Origin: an uncultured Actinomycetota bacterium
GTDB taxonomy: Bacteria > Actinomycetota > Actinomycetes > S36-B12 > UBA10799
Assembly: GCA_963732355.1 (NCBI GenBank)
Contig: CAVSZD010000003.1
Span: 9,020 to 73,019 of the forward strand
Direction: 5' to 3'
DNA length: 64,000 nucleotides
Positions 11,075 through 19,946 of this stretch are shown one piece after another (the first letter of the stretch is position 1; each line of letters opens with the position of its first letter). The position numbers and the translations under genes are program-made. The notes under the pieces were generated by a model that saw nothing but the letters and a program-made list of their open reading frames with translations, did not search any database and was not told the origin of the DNA.

Positions 11075-11806
11075 TCACCGGTGGGCGATCTGCGGCAACC
11101 GGTACTGCTCGTAAGCGGCAAGGTGAATCGCATGTAGGCCACCGACTACGGCGACTGGGATCAGATAGTTGCTCAGATCACCATCGACGATGAAGAAGTC
11201 GTCTATCTCGTCGGGGTCGTATGTTCTGCGTCTGCGACGACACGTCGAGAGATAGACCTTCCACGTTTGGCCTGCCCGCGCCGTCGTCGTTTTCACCTGG
11301 ACACGGCGAAGACCCGCCGGGGTGCCCACCAGCAGGTCGTAACGGCTGGGCTCGAGCGGCCAGGACACGGCCTGTCCACTGAGTGTGAACCATGCAGCGG
11401 CGAGCAGTGAACCCGCACGATTGAGGTGGGCGATGGAGGGTTGAAGGTTCTCATTGGGTGGCACTGCAGTTGTTGGTGCCAGATGCGCCACGGCCAAGTC
11501 CAGTCGAGCCGCATGCCCCCTCAGTGCTTCGATATCGCCTATGTCGTGTAGTCCTAGGATCTCGGCCACCTCAGACCAGGTGCTTCCGTAGGCGATGGCG
11601 CTCCGAAGTCCGGCCTCGGTCCAACGTCTGGCGCCTCGGAAGTGGCCGTAGTCGAGGCCTAGCGAATCGGCCCGAGATCGCACAGACCTCATCGATCCCG
11701 AGGAAGTTGCTGCCAATCCCAGTTCTCGTAGCACTCCTCTCCACGAAGTCGACACCGCGATCGCTTCAGCCAGTTGTCCATCTGTGTACTTGCGCATACG
11801 GCCCAT
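11075..11806 (-). CDS. PD-(D/E)XK endonuclease-like protein (group I intron-associated type) with duplicated N-terminal HTH-like modules
   Basis: The C-terminus YDLLVGTPAGLRRVQVKTT...DEIDDFFIV fits a D...QxK nuclease core. The N-terminus has two ~50-aa repeats (QLAEAIAVSTSWRGVLRELGL / GLRSAIAYGSTWSEVAEILGL). The family call is from memory of PF11645, not a search. Confidence 0.55.
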   Translation of the reverse strand: MGRMRKYTDGQLAEAIAVSTSWRGVLRELGLAATSSGSMRSVRSRADSLGLDYGHFRGARRWTEAGLRSAIAYGSTWSEVAEILGLHDIGDIEALRGHAARLDLAVAHLAPTTAVPPNENLQPSIAHLNRAGSLLAAAWFTLSGQAVSWPLEPSRYDLLVGTPAGLRRVQVKTTTARAGQTWKVYLSTCRRRRRTYDPDEIDDFFIVDGDLSNYLIPVAVVGGLHAIHLAAYEQYRLPQIAHR

Positions 11807-11970
11807 GGCCAGACCGTATGACAGACGACTGACATGTCTTCTGGGTCAGTTCGAACACGTACCCACGGCCTCGGCTTCATGTCGCGGTGCGAAAGCAGAA
11901 TCCTCGCGGGGGTCCCACGAAGACTGGACCGGCTCACGGGTATCCTGTGGAAGCACGCGTTCGCGTGTGG

Positions 11971-12044
11971 CGGGCTGTAGCGCAGCTTGGTAGCGCACCT
12001 GACTGGGGGTCAGGGGGTCGCAGGTTCAAATCCTGTCAGCCCGA
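11971..12044 (+). tRNA. tRNA-Pro (anticodon GGG)
   Basis: Folds by hand into a cloverleaf: acceptor CGGGCTG/CAGCCCG, D-arm GCGC...GCGC, anticodon arm CCTGA-CTGGGGG-TCAGG, T-arm GCAGG-TTCAAAT-CCTGT. CCA is not encoded. Confidence 0.9.
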
Positions 12045-12050
12045 CAGGGA

Positions 12051-12087
12051 AAAGCCCTGGTCAGAGAGGGATTCTGGCCAGGGCTTT
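12051..12087. terminator. Hairpin between tRNA-Pro and the convergent secreted-protein gene (possible bidirectional terminator)
   Basis: AAAGCCCTGG...CCAGGGCTTT is a perfect 10-bp stem extendable by 2-3 pairs. TTT is part of the 3' arm. Confidence 0.5.
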
Positions 12088-12139
12088 CGTGTTTCCGCAG
12101 GGGCGTTGTCTCCCTTCCCGTCTCCCTGCGTCGTGTGGC

Positions 12140-12667
12140 TCAGTTGGCCGCGAGGTCGAAAGTCAGTGGCCCCCACGAGCAGCCGTATCCAAGGGCGTTG
12201 TCGACGCCGTACGTGGTGATCTTGTGAACCGTGCCGGTCACAGCGCCCTTGGTGAACCGCCCTTTGAAAGTCGACTGGGCGACGCCGCCGTAGAGATCCG
12301 TTTCGCTGAAACGGCCTTTGCGCACACGGCCTTCCCAAGTGGTGATCTGCAGTCGCGCAGTGATGCGCTTCGGTGTGGAAACCATCTCGGTGCCGTTCCA
12401 GATGTCGCATGTGGCCTTCACCTTGGTCCAGGTGATCAAAGGAGTCAGATAGATGCGCTCGGTGGTGGAGTTCCAGGTCCGCTTCAACTCCAGCGTGATC
12501 TGCCCCCCGTTGGCCGTCCCGCCGGTATAGATCGCTCCCGGTTTCGGCTGGACCGTTTTGGGTCCGGCGAGGGCCACGCCGGGCATCCCCACCAGCAGTA
12601 CTGCGGACATGACCGAAGTGCCAGCCAATCTGCCGATCGAAGTGCGGTATGCCGTTGAGGGACTCAT
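12140..12667 (-). CDS. Secreted hypothetical protein
   Basis: High-GC3 ORF with a signal-like N-terminus (RLAGTSVMSAVLLVGMPGVALAGP). I recognise no family. The start is uncertain. Confidence 0.55.
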   Translation of the reverse strand: MSPSTAYRTSIGRLAGTSVMSAVLLVGMPGVALAGPKTVQPKPGAIYTGGTANGGQITLELKRTWNSTTERIYLTPLITWTKVKATCDIWNGTEMVSTPKRITARLQITTWEGRVRKGRFSETDLYGGVAQSTFKGRFTKGAVTGTVHKITTYGVDNALGYGCSWGPLTFDLAAN

Positions 12668-12720
12668 GACCAGACGGTAGGTCGCGAGGGGATAGGGCGT
12701 CAACAAGGTCTTACGCGTCG

Positions 12721-13395
12721 CTAGTCGAAGGCTCGCAGGGGCTCGAGGGCGGTTAGGACCAGGTCGAGGCCGAAGATGAACTCCTCAGACGGGTCGTAGC
12801 CGCCGGCGGCGAGCACCGAGGCGGACTCGTTGAGGTAGGGGAACTCGTCCGGTGGAAGTTGGGGCAGGTAGACGTCCTCGGTCATGTCCGTGAGTTCTTC
12901 GGCGGTGTCGAAAGGCAGGCTGGCTTCCTGCAGCGCGAACCCGTAGACGTAACTATCGAGCAACCAGTTGGCGTGCGTGGCCATCAAGACCGAGAAGCCG
13001 GCCCTGCGCAGGCAGGCGGTGAACGCTTCGCGGTGGCGAAGGTTCGCGGGCCCGGGCGTTGTCCGCGATTCCATCAGGGCGATCGCCCATGGGTGACGTG
13101 CGAGAACCTCTCGGGCTGATAGCGCCCTTCGTCGCATCGCTGACTGCCAGTCGGTCTGCTCGGGTGGGAGTTCGATCTCGTCAAACACGACGTCGATCAT
13201 GGCGTCCAGCAACTCCTCTTTGTTCGCCACGTAGTGGTAGAGCGACATAGCGCCCGCGCCGAGCGCGTCGGCCAGCCGGCGCATGGTCAGCCCTTCGACC
13301 CCATCACGGTCGGCGAGTCGGACCGCCTCGACCACCACCCGCTGCTTGCTCAGCCCCACGTTTGACGCGGCCTGAGGCTGTTCCCTCGCAGACAC
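12721..13395 (-). CDS. TetR family transcriptional regulator (TetR_C tetracycline-repressor-like C-terminal domain)
   Basis: HTH motif LSKQRVVVEAVRLADRDGVEGLTMRRLADALGAGAMSLYHYV. The GTG at 13395 is preceded by GAGGAGAAG. The ORF-track start at 13503 is an extension. Confidence 0.82.
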   Translation of the reverse strand: MSAREQPQAASNVGLSKQRVVVEAVRLADRDGVEGLTMRRLADALGAGAMSLYHYVANKEELLDAMIDVVFDEIELPPEQTDWQSAMRRRALSAREVLARHPWAIALMESRTTPGPANLRHREAFTACLRRAGFSVLMATHANWLLDSYVYGFALQEASLPFDTAEELTDMTEDVYLPQLPPDEFPYLNESASVLAAGGYDPSEEFIFGLDLVLTALEPLRAFD

Positions 13396-13450
13396 GGACT
13401 TCTCCTCGCTCGCCTCGGACGACTTGACAATCGTACAGCGTACGGGCATA

Positions 13451-13475
13451 GTACGATGTACGACGTACACTGTAC
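13451..13475. promoter_or_regulatory. Candidate TetR operator in the divergent tetR / membrane-protein spacer
   Basis: 25-bp near-palindrome GTACGATGTACG-A-CGTACACTGTAC (10/12 arm matches). It lies just downstream of TTGACA (13424-13429), a 17-nt spacer and CATAGT (13447-13452). Confidence 0.45.
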
Positions 13476-13506
13476 GAACGGCTCGACTGAAACGAAGGAG
13501 CAATGG

Positions 13507-14002
13507 ATGGGAACTCAGACAACAGGAACCAGCGCGCTAGAGGATTGGCGGGTCCCGGTGAAAGCTGAAGCTGGCAGCAGCGTGGGCCAGTTTCATGTTC
13601 CTCTACATCTACGTCGACTACCTCGCTCTGTACAAGCCCGGGTTCGTCGACGAGATTCTGGCCGGCACGGTCCACGAGTTCGAAACGGGCCCAACATTCG
13701 TTGCCCTTGCGCTCACGCTCATTGCGATCCCGAGCCTCATGATCGTGCTTTCCGCGACACTGCCCGCCCGCATCAACCGCACCGTCAACCTCGTCGTGGC
13801 AGCGCTCTACATTCCCGTATCGATCTATAACGCGGCGGGGGAGTCTTGGAGCTACTCCTACTTCTATGGACTGTCCATTGGACTGGAGGTGCTGCTCCTG
13901 GCCTTCATCCTGCGCTGCGCCTGGACCTGGCCGCGCACGCTGTCGCCGTCGATGCCGGAGCTCGTCGAACCGAACGGGTCGCAGATCTCGGTGGAGCGGT
14001 AG
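13507..14002 (+). pseudogene. DUF6326-like small membrane protein, N-terminus frameshifted at an AAA run
   Basis: MGTQTTGTSALEDWRVPVK in one frame (ATG 13507) continues as KLKLAAAWASFMFLYIYVDYLALYKPG in the next frame (ORF 13595..14002). Removing one A at 13561-13563 joins them. The family call is from memory. Confidence 0.55.
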
Positions 14003-14044
14003 GGGCAGGACTTCGATCCGAGGCGCCGGTTCCGACTCAGGCGG

Positions 14045-14075
14045 TCCCTGACCAGAAGCACACTCTGGTCAGGGA
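14045..14075. terminator. Perfect 12-bp stem hairpin downstream of the membrane-protein gene
   Basis: TCCCTGACCAGA, a 7-nt loop, then TCTGGTCAGGGA, followed by TTCGTCG. Confidence 0.4.
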
Positions 14076-14231
14076 TTCGTCGCATCTGAGGAAGTGCGGT
14101 GGGGTGTTTAGGCGCGCTGCCTTTCGTGATTCTCTTTGCTGGCCCAAGGGTGGTGTTCGCATCCCCACGGGCTAGGCTCCTGCCACTGGCCGTTCGCCAA
14201 CGGTCAGGTCACCGATTCCAGGAGGAATCCG

Positions 14232-16070
14232 TTGCGTCCAGCGAACGTTTCTAAGGGTACCGCTGTCGGCTTGCTGGTTCTTGGACTGGCCGCTGCGTCC
14301 TTCAGTCCGGTGATGGCTGTAGGCCCGAACTCTCAGGCGGAACCCGAACCTGGCCAGGATCCCACCGCCCCGACTCTGCGCAACGGTTCTCCGCGAGAAG
14401 CGGGTCTTGTTCCCCGGTACATCAATGAGCTCCTTCCTGACATCTACCAGGGCACCCGCACCCAGACATACGGCCACCCGGCCTATCCCGGAGCGGCGGT
14501 CTTGGCCGCAAGGAACGGCGTAGTCGCCGCCTCGTTGGCCACTGGATTTGCCCTCCGGTACGCAAATCCGACGACGCAATTGCCGCGCGAGAAGTGGATT
14601 CCCGCGAAGACCAGCACCATCTTCGACCTCGCGTCGGTCACCAAGACCTTCACCGGGACCGCCGCAATCCAGCAGTTGGCGAAGGGCACCATCTCGCTGG
14701 ACGATCGGGTCGTTGAGTACATTCCGCAATTTGCCCAGAATGGCAAGAGCGGCATCACCATTCGGATGCTGCTGACGCACACCTCGGGTCTCGCGCCAGA
14801 CCCAACTCCCGAACTGTGGGAGCCGGTGTACACGACGATCGCCCAGCGCTGGGCAGCTGTCTACGCGACCGTTCCCGTGGCACCCCCGGCCACCGAGTAC
14901 ATCTACTCGGACATCAACTACATGGTCATGGGCAAGGTGATCGAGAAGGTTACCGGCAAGAAACTCGACGTGGTGATCCGCCAAGGGATCACGGGTCCGC
15001 TGGGTATGCGCGACACCATGTACAAGCCACCGCCGAGCCTCAAGAAGCGAACAGCGGCGACCGACTACGAGGAGCCTCCAGTATTGCCGGCGCGTGGCAT
15101 GGTGTGGGGCCAAGTTGACGATGAGAACGCGTGGGCGCTCGGCGGGGTGTCCGGTCACGCCGGACTGTTCTCAACCACGCGCGACCTGGCGATCTTCAGC
15201 CAGATGATTCTCAATCGGGGCTCCTACGGTGATGTGCGGATCGTTCCGAAGAAGTGGGCCAAGGGCTTCTTCCGCAACTACAACAAGGCATTCCCGGGCA
15301 ACGGCCACAGCCTGATGATGGAGGTCAATCAATACCCCGACTACTTCGGGGCTATGGACACACCGCGCACTATCGGTTTTGCGGGGTTCACCGGAACCAG
15401 TGTGGTGATCGATCCGACGACCGATTCGTTCGTCATTCTGCTCACAAACCGGGTGCATCCCACGTACTTGTGGACACCGATCCCCACTCCAAGCCCGCAG
15501 CGCCGGGCAGTCGCAGACGATGTGGCACGGGCAGTGGCGGTACGACCTTTGTCGGGCGACTTCTCGTGGTTCTCAGGTATGGCCAACAATCCGGAGACCG
15601 ATTTGCCGCCCTCAACTGCGGCCACCCTCACGGTTCCGGTGGGGACAACCGGGGAAGCGACCCGGGTGAACTTCAACCTCTGGTACCGATTGATCCCGCC
15701 GCAGGCCGGGCCGCCTGCCGAGCAGGCGCAACTGGTGTGGTCGTCTGACAACGGACAGACCTGGACGCCACTGCCTTTCTCGGTTCGCAAGAACAAGCAG
15801 ACCGTCGAGTACCCGGACGCTACGTTCACAGGTCTGAACAACCCCGGTTGGGGCAGGGCGAGTGCGAAGATTCCCCCGTCCCAAGGAGATCAACCTTCGC
15901 GGATCCTTATCCAGTGGCGGTACACCAACGAGGCGCTGTGGCAGGGGCGCGGTTTGTACGTCAACCACGTGGTTGTGACCTCTGATGGCCGCACACTCTT
16001 CGACGATGCGCGACCTCGGGCAGCAGCTCGGGTGATAACCGAAGGAGGTTTCCGGCGCAGCTCCGACTGA
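14232..16070 (+). CDS. Serine hydrolase (beta-lactamase / DD-peptidase family) with a ~170-aa C-terminal extension
   Basis: SxxK motif FDLASVTKTF and YSDINY. The TTG at 14232 is preceded by GGAGGA, and a signal/TM segment (GLLVLGLAAASF) follows. Confidence 0.8.
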   Translation: MRPANVSKGTAVGLLVLGLAAASFSPVMAVGPNSQAEPEPGQDPTAPTLRNGSPREAGLVPRYINELLPDIYQGTRTQTYGHPAYPGAAVLAARNGVVAASLATGFALRYANPTTQLPREKWIPAKTSTIFDLASVTKTFTGTAAIQQLAKGTISLDDRVVEYIPQFAQNGKSGITIRMLLTHTSGLAPDPTPELWEPVYTTIAQRWAAVYATVPVAPPATEYIYSDINYMVMGKVIEKVTGKKLDVVIRQGITGPLGMRDTMYKPPPSLKKRTAATDYEEPPVLPARGMVWGQVDDENAWALGGVSGHAGLFSTTRDLAIFSQMILNRGSYGDVRIVPKKWAKGFFRNYNKAFPGNGHSLMMEVNQYPDYFGAMDTPRTIGFAGFTGTSVVIDPTTDSFVILLTNRVHPTYLWTPIPTPSPQRRAVADDVARAVAVRPLSGDFSWFSGMANNPETDLPPSTAATLTVPVGTTGEATRVNFNLWYRLIPPQAGPPAEQAQLVWSSDNGQTWTPLPFSVRKNKQTVEYPDATFTGLNNPGWGRASAKIPPSQGDQPSRILIQWRYTNEALWQGRGLYVNHVVVTSDGRTLFDDARPRAAARVITEGGFRRSSD

Positions 16071-16127
16071 CGGCCGTGGGGCACCTGTATGGGATCGTGG
16101 CCCTTCTTCGTCGGCGCGGCATGGTGG

Positions 16128-16391
16128 TCACCGGTAGGCGTCGCGCCTATGGGAGATGTGCAGCACGGTAACAACGTTTGCGGCGACGTCGATCATGTAG
16201 ATCACGCGGTACTGCCCTCGTCGGGCACTCCACTTGCCATCCAGCGGAGGCTGAAGCGGCTTACCCACCCGTTGCGGGCTCTCCACTAAGACGCCCGTGA
16301 CAAACTCGACCACGGCCGATGCCACCGCTTCTGGCAGTTCCAGGGCCAGCGCCCGGGATGCGCTACGAGCAATGACCAGACGATAGGTCAC
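16128..16391 (-). CDS. Type II toxin, RelE/ParE family
   Basis: 87 aa, with the motif KPLQPPLDGKWSARRGQYRVIYMID...VTVLHISHRRDAY. Its GTG start overlaps the antitoxin stop (GTGA). Confidence 0.8.
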   Translation of the reverse strand: MTYRLVIARSASRALALELPEAVASAVVEFVTGVLVESPQRVGKPLQPPLDGKWSARRGQYRVIYMIDVAANVVTVLHISHRRDAYR

Positions 16392-16669
16392 TCGGTCGAC
16401 GCCCTCTGGTCCAGCAGACCCCTGAGTTCGGTGGCGTCAAGAGTGTCGCCCGCAGCGACCTCCCGTTCGGCCTCGCGCAGCTGACGCACCGTCTCCTCCT
16501 CAGCGAGGATCGCGAGTGTCTCCTCAAGGGATTCGAGGTCCTCGACGGCCACTACCACGACGGTTGGGACCCCGTTCCTGGTGACTGTGACACGCTCGTG
16601 CGTCTCATGGACGCTCTCGACCACGGCACTCAGGTGCGCTTTCACGGACGCCAAAGACTGGGTACTCAT
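16388..16669 (-). CDS. Type II antitoxin, Phd/YefM family
   Basis: MSTQSLASVKAHLSAVVESVHETHERVTVTRNGVPTVVVVAVEDLESLEETL. The ATG is at 16669. Confidence 0.8.
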   Translation of the reverse strand: MSTQSLASVKAHLSAVVESVHETHERVTVTRNGVPTVVVVAVEDLESLEETLAILAEEETVRQLREAEREVAAGDTLDATELRGLLDQRASTE

Positions 16670-16692
16670 GACTATTATTCTAGTCATGAGTA
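16663..16692. promoter_or_regulatory. Toxin-antitoxin operator: perfect 12-bp inverted repeat overlapping the -10 box and start codon
   Basis: TACTCATGACTA-TTATTC-TAGTCATGAGTA. On the coding strand a TAGAAT box lies 7 nt before the antitoxin ATG, which suggests a leaderless transcript. Confidence 0.55.
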
Positions 16693-16753
16693 TGAGGTGC
16701 GGCAAGGGCTTCCGCAGCCCACATCCGCGGCGCTTTGGGGGCCCGGGAGTTGA

Positions 16754-18564
16754 TGCGTAGGCGCCGAGAGGACCGCCGGGTTGCTCAATGTCTCACTGTT
16801 GACTGCCTATGACATCGACGTCTGCCCCGATGGCAAGAACGTCTACGTTGCGAGCCTGGGATCGTCGAGTGTCACGGTCTTCGAACGGAACAAGACGACC
16901 GGCGCATTGATCGAATCCGAATGCTTCGCGTCCACGAACGGAAACGGTTGCACGGCGCTGGGTGGCGCGCTATTGAATGCATGGGGAGTGGTGGTTTCCA
17001 ATGATGGCGGCAACGTATATGTGACGAGCCAGGGTGGCGGGGCCGTCAGCGTGTTCGACCGGAACGTGACAACGGGCGCGCTCACCGCCGATGGTTGCCT
17101 GGCCAACACGAACGCGGATGGATGCACGGCCTTGACCAAGCCGTCCCTGAGCGGGGCACGCTACGTTGCGGTGTCGCCCGACGATGCGGATGTCTACGTC
17201 ACCGCGAGAACGGGAAACTCCGTGACGCAGTTCCGTCGTGATCCTGTGACCGGCGACCTGACGCAGGGGGACTGCCTGGCGGTGGGTGGCGCGAACGGTG
17301 TACTGCGACGGCCCAGTCGAGCCTGACGTTCGCACGAGAGGTGGAGGTTTCGTTGGACGATCAGAATCTCCACACGACCAGCATGGCCGGAGCAAGCGTG
17401 ACGGTCATCGAGCGTGACACCACCACGGGCTCGATCACCCAGACCGGGTGCTTCGCGAACACCAACAACACCGGTTGCACAGTTCTTGCCCGACCATCGT
17501 TGGCTGATGCGATGAAACTGTCTCTGTCGCCGAACGGCACCGACATCTACGTAGGCAGCCAGGCCAGCAATTCAGTCACCGTTTTCAGTCGGGCTGCAGC
17601 ACCGACAGTGGTGACCGGTCCGGCGTCGGGGGTCACCAGGACGACCGCGTCCCTCACAGGCGAAGTCTTCGCCAACGCGGCGACGACCACCGTGCTTGAC
17701 ATCAAGTACGGGACTGACCCGGCCGTGGTTGAGTCAGGGGGCGGTACCGCCGCGACGGTCACGCCCACTAGCGCGATTGGCCTGGGTCGCACTGCCGTTG
17801 CCGCCGACCTGACGGGCCTGACTCCCGACACGAAGTATTACTACCGGGTCTCGGCGGCCAATGCCGAAGGATCCGGCGCAGGCACCACCGAGTCGTTCAC
17901 GACCCGCTTCTCGCAGGTCTCGCTGTCTGTCGACTCTCTCCGTTTCGGCGATGTGAGCTCTGGGCAGACTTCCGGCGATCAGACCGTGACCATCACCAGC
18001 ACAGGCAATGCCGCTGTCGACTTCCCTGGTGCAGCCGTCACTCTGACCGGCGCAGATGCCGAGCAGTTCGCGATCGTCGGCGATACCTGCAGCACGAAGT
18101 CTCTTGCAGTAGGAGACGGCTGTTCGATCTCTGTGCGATTCGCTCCGACCCAGACCGGCGCGAAGACCGCCAAGGCTTCGATCGCCAGTTCTGCCCAGGG
18201 CGCCCCGCAGACCGTCGACCTGACCGGTACGGGAGTTCCGTCGGTGCTCAAGAAGCAGACGCCACTGAAACCGTTGAACCTCCCCGCGAGGTTGAAGAAT
18301 GTCGGATGGACCAGAATCGTCAAGGTGCCCGTCCGCACGAACGCAGGCCAAAACGCACGCGTGCGGGTGGTGGGTCTCCCGATCTCAACGCAGGCCGCCG
18401 GCGAGGTTCAGGCCTTCCGTGTAGTTCGCAAGAACGGTCAGGTTCGGGTGTGGCTGTCCGGCACGCAAGCCACGAAGGTGCGCGTGCGAATTCATGCGGG
18501 AGGCGTTCCCGGCTACACGTCCTACACGAAGGTGAAGGTCTACAAGACGCAGGCAGTGAGGTAG
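16754..18564 (+). pseudogene. Surface protein remnant: beta-propeller repeats + Fn3-like domain + choice-of-anchor-D-like domain, 5'-truncated and frameshifted
   Basis: Repeats of the form NVYV(T/A)S..G.SVTVF.R...TG.L....C.A.TN..GCT span ORFs 16781..17326 and 17341..18564. The frames join if one T is restored at about 17299 (GGTGT to GGTTGT). There is no signal peptide, and the frame opens only 27 nt upstream. Confidence 0.65.
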
Positions 18565-18790
18565 TCGAACTGTGGGGGACGTCGCACTTGTGACGGCGGC
18601 ACTGACCGGGCTGCGCGAGCAACATGTGCTCGCTGGCGGACTGCGTGGACTTCGGAAGGGCATCCTCGGAGGTGCGCATGTGCCGATCGGCGTGGCAGAA
18701 CTCGGCTCGTGCTGACCCTGCCAGTGACTTCACACTCAGCACAAGAACGGGCCTTACCCGACGTTTACTCACGACGGTCAGGGTTGGGCC

Positions 18791-19756
18791 ATGAGAATGC
18801 AATCGAAACTCGCCCTCGTGGGCGTCGTCACAATTACTGCTCTCGCTGGGTGTTCGAGTAGCGCCCCAACGGTGACGCCCTCAACGGCGTCCGAGACCGC
18901 AGCTACGCAAAGTGCGTCGAGCGGACCCACGACGATCACGTACGCCGAATCGTCTCCAACTCAAACCATGGATCTGTACCTGCCCAGCGACGGCGGACGG
19001 CGCGACTCCAGTGGTCGTGCTCATCCACGGGGGTGCCTTCCAAATGGGCGATTCGTCGATGGAAGCTGGATACGCCAAGACCCTTGTGGACAACGGGTTC
19101 GCCGTCGCCGCGGTCAACTATCGGCTATCTGGCGAGGCGCTCTATCCGGCAGGAGCCCAGGATGTGAAGGCCGCTGTTCGCTATCTTGCGGGCCAACGCG
19201 GCCGACTACAACATCAACCCGGACCAGGTGGCTGCTTGGGGGCAGAGCGCGGGCGGTTACATGGCCAACCTACTGGGCGCCACGGGTGATCAAGAGACGA
19301 TCTTCGACGATGCCTCGCTGGGCAACGCCGACCAGTCGTCCGCGGTGCAGGCTGTGGTCTCCTGGTTCGGACCCAGTGATTTCGGCAGCATGGACGAACA
19401 GGCGGCTGATGTTGCGGCGTGCGCGGGCCAGGCGCAGTCACATGGGACTGCCGACTCGCCTGAGTCCCAGTGGTTGGGTGAGGCTGTGGCCACGTCCGAC
19501 AAGACGGACTCGACTGACCTCTCGGGTTACGTGGCCACGGCCTCAGCGCTTGCCGGCGTGGTACTTGGCTCACGGTGACTCTGACTGCCTGGTGCCTGCC
19601 GGTCAGTCCGCGGAACTCAAGGCGGCGCTGGACGAGGCGAGTGCCGACTCCACCTACGTGGTCCTCGAAGGGGCGGGACATATGGATCAGGCGTTCGACA
19701 GCACACAGCTTCAGCCCACGATCGACTTCCTGAAAAGCACGTTCGGCATGAGCTGA
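18791..19756 (+). pseudogene. Lipoprotein alpha/beta hydrolase (esterase), three frameshifts
   Basis: The lipobox LAGC, then VVVLIHGGAF, GQSAGGY and HGDSDCLVP lie in three different frames. The switches are near 18990, 19190 and 19540. Confidence 0.75.
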
Positions 19757-19782
19757 GGGGCGCCTAGCTGAGTGCCGCTGCG

Positions 19783-19860
19783 CGTTGGGTGGGGTTCGTG
19801 CAGTTGGTTGAGGTTCAGCGCGCGACGAGCATCAACCAACTGCACCAACGTCACCCAACG
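19783..19860. repeat. Bipartite hairpin element, family B, copy B1
   Basis: CGTTGGGTGGGGTTCGTGCAGTTGGTTGA, a 20-nt loop, then TCAACCAACTGCACCAACGTCACCCAACG. It starts 26 nt after the esterase stop. Confidence 0.9.
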
Positions 19861-19946
19861 GCCAGCCCAGCCGCCAGGTGCCTTGCTGCCACCCGGGGAG
19901 CGAAGCCGTCCTCGCGACCACACATGTCGGGCCGTACCGTGAACCC

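Noticed and set aside
11971-19756. A genomic island integrated at tRNA-Pro.
   Set aside because: The content looks accessory. However, I see no integrase or recombinase and no direct repeat of the tRNA 3' end by eye. I could not compute a compositional shift. I leave it only as context.
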